DNA of 64,000 bases, taken from Chloropicon primus. Its lineage: Eukaryota. The stretch lies in NCBI GenBank assembly GCA_023205875.1, contig CP060757.1:744001-808000 (forward strand), given 5' to 3'. How positions within the stretch are numbered: position 1 is the first letter of the stretch; every line of letters starts with the position of its first letter. A program made the position numbers and the translations under genes. A model generated the notes under the pieces. That model was not told the origin of the DNA, did no database searches, and saw only the letters and a program-made list of their open reading frames with translations. Positions 39,512 through 50,039 of this stretch are shown one piece after another.

Positions 39512-41644
39512 ATGGAGGAGGGGTTCCTGCAAAGGCTGTTCCCCCGGGGAGAAGGGGATGGGCACTACAGGTAATCTAAGAGTCACGAGGGACTTGTTCT
39601 GTGAACACGAAGCGTGGGGAGTTCTCAGAACCAGTAACAACCATCGTGGACACCTAACCCTCGAGGGGGTAAATCAATAAACTGACAGGTGTGTGTTTGT
39701 GTTTGTTGCTCGATAGAACGGCGGCATACTCGAAGCTGTACAACGTTCTCTGTCCGCCTCAGCCCAATTTGCGTGAAATAGCCCAAGGTTTTGCCCTCTC
39801 AAAAGAGAAATCAAAAGGTAAGCGCGAGAGTGCAGAGGCGAGGCAATGGGATGTGTTCCTGACTCTTTCCACTTGTGGTGCACAGCGAACGTTTGGGAGA
39901 GCTTCCTGGATGCCCCAAGCGATCTGGCCGGAGGGTCTTCTGGAAAGGAAGGAAATTCGCTTGACAAAGCCTCGGAGGGAGACGACCAAGGCTCAAGCCA
40001 GCACGCGCCCGTTAGAACTGTGCGGGGCTTTGAGGCCACTTCCAGCAGCAACAGCGCTACGAGCAGTGGCGACCAACTCGAAAGGAAGAAGGAGACGGAC
40101 CAGTCCGAGCTGAGCATCGGTTTCTTTCGAAGGAAAAAGGTAGTGAAAATATCCTTGACCACTGCGTTGGATTGTGCTTTCCGATGACTGACAACGCGTT
40201 TTGGTTTCGACAACAGCTACGAGTCGTGCTGTTTGCAGCGAGACTCCATGCTGACAAGGCTGGAAATAAGAGGGATGTCATGGAATTCCAAGTGGATGCG
40301 GACAGAACTTTGACAGCGAGCATGCTCACCCAGGTCATACTGGGAAAGATTAGCGCCAAGGACTACAAGGTGGACTTCACGGGCTATGAAGTGAGATTTC
40401 CGGATCGGGATGACGATGGCCTCAAGCCAGAAGAGGCCACGGCTGACACGACTTTGCCTCCTCTTGGCTTTCAGCAGCCAGTTTCCCAACTCAATAGCAA
40501 CATGTTTGTGATCACGGAGAGGCCCGTGAACAACAAAGCTCTCGCAATGAAGACAAGGGTATCCATAAACAGCTTTGAGAGAGACCGAAGCAGGTTCCCG
40601 ACTCTGTCCCAGCTGTCTCCAGAGGAGCTGGACGAGTACTTCAAGAAAAACACCCCAAAAGATTCCAAGAACCCAATCACGTGCATTGTGAAGCTGGCGA
40701 TATCCCCGCTGTGCACCAAGAAGCTGGTCGGCAGCATCGGAAGAAGCCTTCAGAGCTTTGCTGATTGCATCCCACAGAGCGTCGTCCTTCGTGCGGACAG
40801 CGGCATGACTGTCGAGGACCTCACCAAATTCTTCCTCGGCTCCCTGTGCAAGGGCTACGAGGAGCACTGGAAGGACTGGATGATCAGAAAGACAAAGGTG
40901 TCTGTGTTTGACACAGTGGACGAAAGGTGAGTCTCTCGCGCGGCCCGCCCCCTCGGCAGCATTTCTCTCTGGCGACCATCAAATCCTGACCTTCTTTTTT
41001 CTAGGTGCTCCTTTTGGATGCACCAGGGGAACAACCCGCTTGGAGAGGTTCTAGACACGGACGCCAAAGTCACAGATGTGGCGGCCTGGCAAACGATCGT
41101 GCTCCTTCCCCGAACGAGCAAATACGCTCTCGAGAAGAAGGCCTCGGAATCGCAGCGCGGAAAATCTGAGCAGCCCAAAGTCACGTACCTGTTCACCGAG
41201 CAGACGGCGAGCATGTACGTCGAGTACAACGTGGTGAAGTTCAATCGGTACGGGAAGAAGCAGGAGCGCATACTCGGAATCGACAGGGAGCAGATTTACA
41301 ACTTGCTGCCGAGGCTCCAGCTGGACGAGGACAGCATGGACATGGAGCTGACCGCCAGCGATCTCATCGAAGCGAAGGGCGCGAGCGCTGACTTGTCTGC
41401 CAAGTCCCTTGCCGCGAAGGTCTCGAGGGGATTGCTGCAGAGCACCACAAGCGAGACGAAGAAGCGCGTCAGGCAGGTCAACCAAGTCAAGAGCTGCGAG
41501 GTGAGCGGGGACAACAAGGCCGTTGGGTGCCTCCGCTACAAGGACGGGTCGACCTACAATTTCGAGTTTGAGAACGAGGACCTGTGTGCCGAGGCCGTGG
41601 CGAGAATCAACTACTTGGTGAAGTTGTGCACCGAGAGCCTGTAA
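39512..41644 (+). CDS. SIN1/Avo1/Rip3-like protein (CRIM-like, RBD-like, PH), 5 exons, 587 aa
   Basis: Exons 39512-39570, 39717-39817, 39886-40139, 40217-40926, 41005-41644 splice in frame at GT-AG with CTGAC branch points; YEVR..DDDG..D.TLPPL..PVSQ; YNVVKFNRYGKKQERILGIDREQIYN..YNFE..AEAVARINYL. Confidence 0.7.
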
Positions 41645-41690
41645 AAACAGATCCGAACAAAAATCTTTTTGAAATAAACAAACACTCACT

Positions 41691-41954
41691 TTAGATCCTG
41701 GCCGCCCTCCTCAGTGCCGCCTTCTTCGCCTTCTCCTTCATCTTCTTCGCCTTTGCCTCGGCCTTCCTCTTCCTTGCATCGATCTTCTCCGCCTTCTTGG
41801 CGGCACCGCTGGGGGCTCCGCTGGGCTCGTTGAACCTCACCTCCTTCCTCCTGGCCCCCTCGCAGCTCCCCTTGCTCCTCCTCCACCCCCCGCTGCGGAG
41901 GAACACGAAAACGGATCCAATCGCCGCGAGCGCCAAAGTCCCGGAAGCTTGCAT
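41691..41954 (-). CDS. Small hypothetical protein (N-terminal hydrophobic segment, Lys/Ala-rich tail)
   Basis: 87-aa ORF with ATG, host-like codons and a convergent stop next to the upstream gene. Confidence 0.35.
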   Translation of the reverse strand: MQASGTLALAAIGSVFVFLRSGGWRRSKGSCEGARRKEVRFNEPSGAPSGAAKKAEKIDARKRKAEAKAKKMKEKAKKAALRRAARI

Positions 41955-42288
41955 GCCAATCGCGTTGGGAACGGGCCAAGTATTATTCCTCGTCGTTCGG
42001 TAAGCTGGTGCTGTCGAGAAGTGTCTCTCTCAACCACCCATCCATCCAGCTCTGCAGCTCCACGTCATCGTGCAGATCGAAAAATTCGATGTCAGCGAGA
42101 TGGAGCGAGAGGAGGAGGAAACGCCTGGGAGATATCGACCGTTTCGACTGGGGCAAAACGAGACCCCATTACATTACTCTTGGGTTGAGAGTCGTCGAGC
42201 CCCGGACGCTAGCATCATAAGGACTTTGAAACAACAACACGCCGTACCGTCTTCACCGTTGGACCAGCGTCGGATCGAGGATTACACG

Positions 42289-43437
42289 ATGACATCGCCA
42301 TCAGCAGGACGATCTACGATGTTGTGCGTTGCTGCCGCCCTTGTGGCCGTGCTCTCGAGCTCGGGGGCCCACGCGCAGATGAGCACGGCGGACGTGATGG
42401 AGAAGGCCCCGGTGTTCGGGGTGCCCGCCCTGACGCCCGAGGAATGCGGGGCCACGATCGAGAACTCCACGACCGACATGATCATCGCTTTCTCGTCGTG
42501 CCTAGCGACCGACTCCGCTTCCGAGGCCTGCTGCGGTGCCGTGCAGGACACGTTTGCCTTCGAGAACGAGAAGTTCGGGGGGTGCTTGTGCCACCCCGTC
42601 CTGATGAACACGGTGATGGAGCTGGCCGAGGGGTTCTTGCCGGGGTCCAAGGAGCTCATTCCCAGGGTTATGAACGACTGCGTCGATCCGGATGGGAACT
42701 ACTCTTCGTCCTTCCCGTTCTACGGGCAAGCCTCTGGGAGCGAGCAGTGCGATCCAAGCGTGCTCGTGAACACGGATGCCGTGGATCTCTCCGTGCTCGG
42801 AGAGCTCGCCCCCACCGTGGGCGCGCAGTCCAAGGACACCGAGGAGGAGGCGCCTGCCGCGGGCGGGTCAGACGCCCCTGACCAGGCGGACAGGAGAATG
42901 GACACGGCCCTCACCGTCTTCAGCGTCGTTGCCGCGGAGGACTGCGGCGCGAACTTGCAGAGCGGGAAGGGGGAGCTGATCGGAGCTCTGACGCCTTGCA
43001 TCATCGCCGAGGCGCCGACGCAAGAGTGCTGCAACGCGGTTGAGCAGGTGTTCAGACCGGACAACGAGAGGTTTGGAGGCTGCTTGTGCCACAAGGAGGT
43101 TATGGACGGCATCTTTGACGAGGCCGAGGGCTTCCTTCCTGGATCCACCGCCTTGATCGAGAACGCCTTCGAGGTCTGCACGAACGATTTTGGATCTCAG
43201 TTTTCCTTCCACGGCCAAAAGGTTGGGCACGTGGCGTGCTCCAGCGAGGACAAGCTCCAGGCTCCGAGCCTGAACCAGGCGGGCTCGAGCGGATCAGAGC
43301 AGGAGGAGGAGGGCCCAACCCTCCTGGGTGACTTGCAAAACATGTTTGGGTCGAGCTCTTCGGCGGCGAGCCCCGGCGCCGTCGCGTCCTACGCTCTCGT
43401 TGCCGCCTCGACCCTCGCGTACGCTTTCCTCCTCTAG
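42289..43437 (+). CDS. Secreted, probably GPI-anchored protein with two eight-cysteine (nsLTP/prolamin-like) domains
   Basis: Signal peptide; two C-C-CC-CLC-C-C repeats; Ser-rich omega region and hydrophobic C-terminus. Confidence 0.75.
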   Translation: MTSPSAGRSTMLCVAAALVAVLSSSGAHAQMSTADVMEKAPVFGVPALTPEECGATIENSTTDMIIAFSSCLATDSASEACCGAVQDTFAFENEKFGGCLCHPVLMNTVMELAEGFLPGSKELIPRVMNDCVDPDGNYSSSFPFYGQASGSEQCDPSVLVNTDAVDLSVLGELAPTVGAQSKDTEEEAPAAGGSDAPDQADRRMDTALTVFSVVAAEDCGANLQSGKGELIGALTPCIIAEAPTQECCNAVEQVFRPDNERFGGCLCHKEVMDGIFDEAEGFLPGSTALIENAFEVCTNDFGSQFSFHGQKVGHVACSSEDKLQAPSLNQAGSSGSEQEEEGPTLLGDLQNMFGSSSSAASPGAVASYALVAASTLAYAFLL

Positions 43438-43544
43438 TGCTGCCGCGAAGAACTTCAGAAGTGTAAAGAAGGGGTCCGAGGGACCGAACGCTGCTTCCCC
43501 GACGCCCGTCTCTGTGCGCAAGACTAGTAGTATTCTCTCTTACT

Positions 43545-44094
43545 TTATGATTTGCTGGTTAATACTTTGTGCAATGCATACTTACACGCTTTGGTGAACT
43601 GAAGCTGGGTTATTGGGCCGTCCCCGCTTCCGAGGTCGTTCGAGAGGTCGAGTGTTGCTAGGGCGGCGGAACCAACCAGGTTCTCTACCGCGTTCATGGC
43701 CTGAGCCTTGGACATCGTGCCGGTGTTGTTCATGTCGTACATGTTGAACATGGTCGACAAGTCCTCGTCGCTGAAGAGGCAGCCTACAAAATTCGTCGAG
43801 GCGAGAGAAACGTCCTCCTCCACCTGGCTCGCGGACTGCATTTGGCGCAGTATGTCCACCAAGTGACTCTTCACATCGCTTGGTTTGTGGTATATCAGCG
43901 AAGCGGTCAGAACCTGCGAAGACAAGAGAGAGGGAAACAGAGGTCGAGGTGGTCAGGAAACGCCGGAGAGCCCCGTCGAACGGTCGAAGAAGCACGAGGC
44001 AGCGTAGAGTTGAGCGAGCGCGCACCTGGAGGAGCCCCGTGATGTTGTGTCCCTTAATATACTCCTGGGCTTGTTGAATAGGGTCTGCCACCAT
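43545..44094 (-). CDS. EFCAB10: EFCAB10-like protein (RIIa/Dpy-30-like N-terminus plus EF-hand)
   Basis: Exons 44094-44026 and 43913-43545; AQEYIKGHNITGLLQVLTASLIYHKP; LFSDEDLSTMFNMYDMNNTG. Confidence 0.75.
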
Positions 44095-44455
44095 CGTGCT
44101 CCGAGCACCAGCAAACTTCTTTTCCTTTTCTCTTCGATTCTCGCAGAACGAAGGCGAGGACCCTCCTAAGTCTACTCCCAGCCTCGCGTAAGGCTCGCTG
44201 CGAAGACCGCGTTTCAGTTTCTGCGCTGCACAGGCCTCTGCACACCGCAAACTCCTCTGTTGACTGGGACGCACTGGGACGACGAACTCGAACTGAGGAA
44301 AAAAAAAATTGAAAAACAAAAAATTTCCCTCTGGGAGGAAGGGGCCCCTCGAGGGGTGAGGGTGACCCTCGAGCTCCTTCGCAAGGCACTTGGGTACTTG
44401 GTGGGATCCTGGGTGTTTAGGGCAGATCGAGAGGTGCCTGTGCTCGCACGACTGC

Positions 44456-45107
44456 TCACGGAAAAATTTGAACGCCGTTTGTCGTGAGCTTCTTGACCGC
44501 GGATACCTCGCTCATCTCCGAGAACCACGAGGCGAACTGCAGGGGAGAAGAGGGGTGGAGAAGTGAAAGGTGTCAGATCGCGGCTTGGGCTTCAGGGGTC
44601 TCTCGACGACGGGGTTCTTGCCTTGGGATACTTTTCTGGTTCTATCTTCCCCTTCTTCATCACGATGAGGCTCGCGACCCAGAAAGCGTGGAGGTCCGCG
44701 ACCGTGATTTCGGAAGAAACCAGAAACTTGCTGGCCTGGAGCCTCTTCTCGACGAGGGCGAACCACTTGTCCTGCCTTCCGTTCTCCGCAGTCCACTTGC
44801 CGTCCTTCTGCACCTCGTCGAACATGTCGTTGAAGTCCAAAAGCAGCTGCTTGCAATCCACTTTTTCTGCCGGCGTGCTTCCGCCCAAGCCGAACTCGCT
44901 TCCCAGAACGTCCATGATCATCGGCGTCTGGCTCATGAGCTGCCCCGTCGAGAGCTTCACGATCGGCACCGCGAAGCAGAAGCTCTCGGGCAGGTCATCG
45001 TTCCCAAGCACCTCGTAAGGCACGCCCGCAAACTCCAACGCCAGGGCGATGGGAAACCCCCTCCCCTGGAACTTCTTCATCGCCGCCCAGTAGTAGATCG
45101 TTATCAT
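44456..45107 (-). CDS. Glutathione S-transferase (sigma-like), with a GC-AG intron
   Basis: YYW..GRG..I, FAVP, SQTP.I, ITVADL; exons 45107-44622 and 44536-44456 restore KYPK-FASWFSEMSEVSAVK. Confidence 0.8.
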
Positions 45108-45362
45108 CTCTCTGCCTCCTGCTGCTGCGCTCCTCAATCGATCGGTGGTCCTGGCGTCCAGATCTCGAACCTCAAGTAGACCAAAACAAACAACCACACA
45201 CACACACACCGTCAACCAAACCGTCACTGTCACTCACCGGCTTGCCTGCTACATCAGCCCTTGCCCCAGAAAGCGAAGCGTTAGAATTGAAATATCTCAG
45301 AGAGGGCTGGCGCGCTCCGCTCAAGCTCCTACAAAAAGTGCAGGGTTCGTCGTCGAGGGAGG

Positions 45363-46650
45363 ATGGTGTTGGCGGGGAGGGCGCGAGGTGGCCGGGTCGC
45401 ACTCCGCACGGCGCCACAGCGCAGGCGGGGTGTCGCGAGGACCTTGGCGGATCGTGGAGCGGTGCGGTCGCGAGCGACCTTGGAGGATGAGAACAAGAGC
45501 AAGGGGGAGGGGAAGAGCGAGAACGAGAACGAGAGCGAGAACGAGAACGTTCCCTGGCCCGAGTGCGAGTACAGTTTCACGGCGAAGGGGAGCTCGGGGG
45601 TGGAGGGGCCGAGCACCCCTTCGAGCGTTGCGGTGCTCGCCGTGTCGAACTTTAGGAAGGAGTGGCAGGCCTTGCGGGAGTGGCAGGCCTCGAGGAAGGA
45701 CCTCGAGCTGACGCAGGACTCGGGGTACTACGACGAGGGTTCCTCTGGGCCCGGTGGTGGGGCGTTCGAGCTCGGCAGCATGGGGGACGAGGAGCTGTGC
45801 GTGACCTTCGAGGACCAGCTCAAGAAGCTGACCCTGGACGCGGAAGGTGAGTCAGCGGTCCCGGGTGCGAAAACCTTGCCTGTCTCACTGACTCTCTCTC
45901 TCTCTCTCTTTTGCTCTCCGCGAAACGGCTCCAGGGATTTACGAGAGGGAGCTGAAAAGGCAGAAGGACGGGGACTACTTCAAAAAGAAGTCGTGGATCA
46001 TCAAGGGGCCCTACATCGTTCTCTGCTGGGCCTTGGACAGGTTGTACGGCAAGGATCGCCCCATCCAAAGGTTCTGGCTCCTGGAGACCGTGGCCAGGAT
46101 GCCGTACTTTTCCTACATCTCGATGCTTCACCTCTACGAGACGCTCGGCTGGTGGAGGAAGGGTGCCGCGGTGAAGAGTGTCCACTTCGCGGAGGAGTGG
46201 AACGAGTTCAACCATCTCCTCATCATGGAGTCCCTCGGCGGGGACGACTCTTGGATAGACCGCTTCGCGGGCTACCACGGCGCTATCGTGTACTACTGGG
46301 TCCTGAACCTGCTGTGGCTCATCTCGCCCTACCTGGCCTACCAGTTCTCAGAGTTGCTCGAGAACCACGCAGTCGACACCTACTCGCAGTTCGTGGACGA
46401 GAACGAGGAGCTGCTGAGGACTCTCCCCGCTCCCGCCGTCGCGAAGAACTACTACCAGAACGAGGACTTGTACATGTTCGACGAGTTTCAGACGTCGAGG
46501 AGTAGCGCGGCCAGCAGGAGGAGGCCGCAGATAAACACGCTCTACGACACCTTCAGCAACATAAGGGACGACGAGTTGGAGCATGTCAAGACGATGGTGG
46601 CGTGCCAGAACACCAACAAGCCGGTGAGGTCGCCGCACCAAAGCAGGTGA
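45363..46650 (+). CDS. PTOX: Plastid terminal oxidase
   Basis: Intron 45847-45934; RFWLLETVARMPYFSY, EEWNEFNHLLIME, ENHAVDTY, IRDDELEH diiron motifs. Confidence 0.93.
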
Positions 46651-46831
46651 CGGGGCGGAAGCCAAGGCGCAGCACCGTTCAAGAAAGTTGGCTCCGCGTA
46701 GAGTTGTAGAAGTAACAATAGGTTGTTTTTGTAAAGTGTATTTTTCTTTCCCTTTTCTACAAACAAATGGCTTCTCTTCAGCCACATAAAATAACCTCAC
46801 CAGCGCTTTAGTAGTGTTACACCTTCTCTAA

Positions 46832-47773
46832 TTAATGGTCAAGGCTCTGCAAGACCATCGTCCTCTTGTGGTATAGCTCCCTTCTCTTACAAAACTCCTC
46901 GAGGAAAGCCTCCACAGAGATCTTCTTGTCCACGAGTTGCTGGCTCAGCTCTTCACTCTCCTCGTCCGCTTTCGTGGCGGCCTCCGAGAGCTTCTCCTTA
47001 AGCGTATTGACGTTGATGCTCGACAGGATGCTGTTGTGCTCCTTCGCGAGGGCTTCGTACTTGTTCTTCACCTCCAGCACTTCGGTCGAACGAATGATGG
47101 CTATCTGGTTCTTCACGTCCGCAATCTGGTTCTGCTTCTCCAAGCTCGACTCCGCCACGGCTTGGTTCTTCAGCACGAGCTCCCTGATCGACAACCCCAT
47201 GTTGTTCAGCTGCTTCATGCCCGCCATGTATTGCGCGTAGGCCTCCTTGTCCGTGAGCAGCTCCAGGAGCTTCTCCTCGGACAGCTTCGCTATCTCGCTC
47301 TTCACCTCCTCCAGGTTTATGTCGTGCGAGGGCACCGGAGCGGGGCTGCTGCTCCCTTGCTGCTGGTCCTTCTGGACTCCCGGAACCTCGGGCGGGCCGC
47401 TCTGGCGCGCGTACTGCCCCCCGGACGCCCCCAGACCCGCCTTCTCGAAGGATCCCAACAAGTGGCCAACGAGTTTCGCAAGCGCCTTCTCGTCGTGCTG
47501 ATAGTAAAACTTCTGGATGCTCTCGTGCCACACCTTTCCCTGCGGCTGAACCCAAGGGTGATCCAAGTTCGCAGGCGCAACCGCGACGTGGGGGACCACG
47601 CTCGGGTACTCCTTGGGCAGCACAAGGTTGAGGGTGAGTCCCGGAACGTTTCTGTTGTTCACGGGCACCCGTATCGTTCCCGCTTTCCGGTTCACGATAG
47701 TCGCCTGCGGATACTTCGTTATCAGCTCCGTCAGCTGCTCATTCACTCGTATCTCCACCACCTGGGAGAACAT
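46832..47773 (-). CDS. VPS37: ESCRT-I subunit VPS37-like (UEV-like N-terminus plus Mod(r) C-terminus); 5' end uncertain
   Basis: LPKEYPSVVP..HPWV; ADEESEEL..FLEEF...RELYHKR. Confidence 0.75.
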   Translation of the reverse strand: MFSQVVEIRVNEQLTELITKYPQATIVNRKAGTIRVPVNNRNVPGLTLNLVLPKEYPSVVPHVAVAPANLDHPWVQPQGKVWHESIQKFYYQHDEKALAKLVGHLLGSFEKAGLGASGGQYARQSGPPEVPGVQKDQQQGSSSPAPVPSHDINLEEVKSEIAKLSEEKLLELLTDKEAYAQYMAGMKQLNNMGLSIRELVLKNQAVAESSLEKQNQIADVKNQIAIIRSTEVLEVKNKYEALAKEHNSILSSINVNTLKEKLSEAATKADEESEELSQQLVDKKISVEAFLEEFCKRRELYHKRTMVLQSLDH

Positions 47774-48005
47774 CCTTTCCACCTAAACTCTCCCTCTTCT
47801 CTCCCCTCCCCCTCGCTCGCGCTCGCGCTCTATTGCTCTTGCCTTTGTGGAGACGGCCCGCGGCTGGGAGAGATGGGGTAAAGGATGATGGGATGGAGGA
47901 GGAGGATAGGATAGGGAGGATGGCAAATCGAGCTGATGGGTGTCTCCCTTCGTCGAGCTTGCGTTACAGGTAATGATACAACGGACCAGCTTTTGCTTTC
48001 GGTGG

Positions 48006-48947
48006 TCAGGTTAGGGCTTTCATGGTTGCCATCGCGATCAGGGACCCGGCGGATATCATGAGGCCGTTGACGACGTCGTTGGTGAGGATGCTGGACTCCT
48101 GCTGCAGCGTAGCCCCGATCCAGCTCTCAAGGCCGGTGGCGAGGAACGCGGCGATCACGCAGACGCACGCACCCAGGGGGTTGACCTGGCCCAGCTTCCA
48201 GGAGAGCCCGGCGTACGCGGCGCTCGCCAGGAGCCCGGCCAGCGTCCCTTCGAGGCTCACGGCCCCGTCGGTCCCCCGAGGCACAGGCTTCAAGCTCGTG
48301 ATCAGTATTGTCGTCCTGCCGCAGGCCTTCCCGATCTCGCTCGCCACGGTGTCCGAGAGCTTGGTGGCGAGGCTCGCCACGAACCCAACCCGAAGAAGTC
48401 TGCACACCGCTTCATCCCCCGCGAACGCAAGGGCCAGGACTGCGCACACCGCTGCCGCGAAACCCGAGCCCCAGACGCTCGCGGGCGTCCTCTTCCCCTC
48501 GTTCCTCTCGAAGGTCCCCTCCTCCACCTTGACCTTCTTCCCGACCTTCGTGACCAGAGTCCCGAACACAAAGTACGCGCACACCAGAACGTATCCTCCC
48601 GCCTGGAAGCCTGCGAGGACGAGCGTCCCCAACATCCAGGAGTGCGCGATGGCGAGGTTGCTCAATCCGCTCCTCAGCGCCGGATACCCGAACAGGAACA
48701 CCGACGAGTTGGTCAGCAGCACCTGGCCAAGCGGGGGGAGAGCACCGCAGGTGGCCGAGCTGGGACGACGCCGATCCAATTCTTCCAGTTGTGGTGTCAC
48801 GTGCTTCCGCCTTTGGCGCGATTCGCGCCGCCGCGGGGTCAACCGCGACGTACGCCGCGTCCTCCCGGGAGCCTTGCGACGGCAACCCCGTGACTCCAAC
48901 CCCGCGGCGCGTCCCGCCGATGCCTGCGCCACCGGGGACGCAACCAT
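48006..48947 (-). CDS. VTE6: DUF92/TMEM19 family plastid protein, phytyl-phosphate kinase VTE6-like
   Basis: G.R.PASVWGS, GFVASLATKLSDTVASEIGK, VPRGTDGAVSLEGT, ESWIGA, TNDVVN; transit peptide. Confidence 0.85.
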   Translation of the reverse strand: MVASPVAQASAGRAAGLESRGCRRKAPGRTRRTSRLTPRRRESRQRRKHVTPQLEELDRRRPSSATCGALPPLGQVLLTNSSVFLFGYPALRSGLSNLAIAHSWMLGTLVLAGFQAGGYVLVCAYFVFGTLVTKVGKKVKVEEGTFERNEGKRTPASVWGSGFAAAVCAVLALAFAGDEAVCRLLRVGFVASLATKLSDTVASEIGKACGRTTILITSLKPVPRGTDGAVSLEGTLAGLLASAAYAGLSWKLGQVNPLGACVCVIAAFLATGLESWIGATLQQESSILTNDVVNGLMISAGSLIAMATMKALT

Positions 48948-49073
48948 CTCTGTCTCTCTCTCCGCTTCTCTTCGAGAGAGAGAGAAAAGTGGAAGGCGGA
49001 ATAATGGAAGGGCCTTGAAGAGGAGGACTCCGGTTGAAAACTTATTTAACTTTGGTCTGCCGTGTTGACGGAA

Positions 49074-49799
49074 TTAGAGCTCCCCGCAGTCGGCGATGAC
49101 CACGGGCTCGGCTGGCCTGTCCATGGCGCCCGTTTTGCTGCCCTCGATCGTCTGAACGATGTCAAAGCCCTCGATGACTTGACCGAAAACGGTGTGCCTT
49201 CCGTCCAGCCAAGGGGTGGGCACGGTGCAGATGAAGAACTGGGACCCGTTCGTGTTGGGTCCGGCGTTGGCCATGCTCAGCACACCTGGTCCGAGGTGCT
49301 TGAGGTTGAAGTTCTCGTCCGCAAAGGTGCGTCCGTAGATGCTCTTGCCTCCCGTTCCGTTTCCGGCTGTGAAGTCGCCTCCCTGGATCATGAAGTCCTT
49401 GATGACTCTGTGGAATCCGCAGCCCTTGTACCCGAATCCTGCCTCGCCCGTGCACAACTGGCGGAAGTTCTCGGCCGTCTTTGGGACATCGTTTCCGAAG
49501 AGCCCCATGACGATGCGTCCAGAGGGGACCCCGCCGATCTCAATGTCAAAGTAAACCTTCGAGGTGACGTCCGAGATGGTTCCCTCGCCTCCCGCGGCCG
49601 CGCAGAACAAGCGAGACGCCCTGGCCTGGGCCACGCCCTGCCTGCCCCTCACCACGCCCCCCAGGCTCGACACCCTCTGTCCCTGGAAGGTGCTCGCCTG
49701 CAACCTCCTCGCCAACTTTCCAGCACCGTACTTCCGCTGCGCCGCGGCGTACGTCGCCTTCGTCAGGCTCACCGTTCTCGCTCTCACCATCTGCATCAT
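49074..49799 (-). CDS. Cyclophilin-type peptidyl-prolyl isomerase, organelle-targeted
   Basis: [46 protein letters not shown]. Confidence 0.95.
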   Translation of the reverse strand: MMQMVRARTVSLTKATYAAAQRKYGAGKLARRLQASTFQGQRVSSLGGVVRGRQGVAQARASRLFCAAAGGEGTISDVTSKVYFDIEIGGVPSGRIVMGLFGNDVPKTAENFRQLCTGEAGFGYKGCGFHRVIKDFMIQGGDFTAGNGTGGKSIYGRTFADENFNLKHLGPGVLSMANAGPNTNGSQFFICTVPTPWLDGRHTVFGQVIEGFDIVQTIEGSKTGAMDRPAEPVVIADCGEL

Positions 49800-50039
49800 T
49801 CACCTGCACACAACACGCTCCCTCAACAACACACTCCAAAACAAACAACACCTCTCTCTCTCTCTCTCTGCGCAGCCACAAAAAACACGATAACGACGAC
49901 GATAAGCTTTGGCTTCGGCTTGCTCATGCATTGAGGGAGGTTGATACGTTTTGGCACGGGACCGAGTGTGGAGGGTTTTTTATTCATTGGTGTAAGCTTA
50001 TACGGTAGGAAGGCTGGGTACGCTTGGTGGTGGGCCTCG

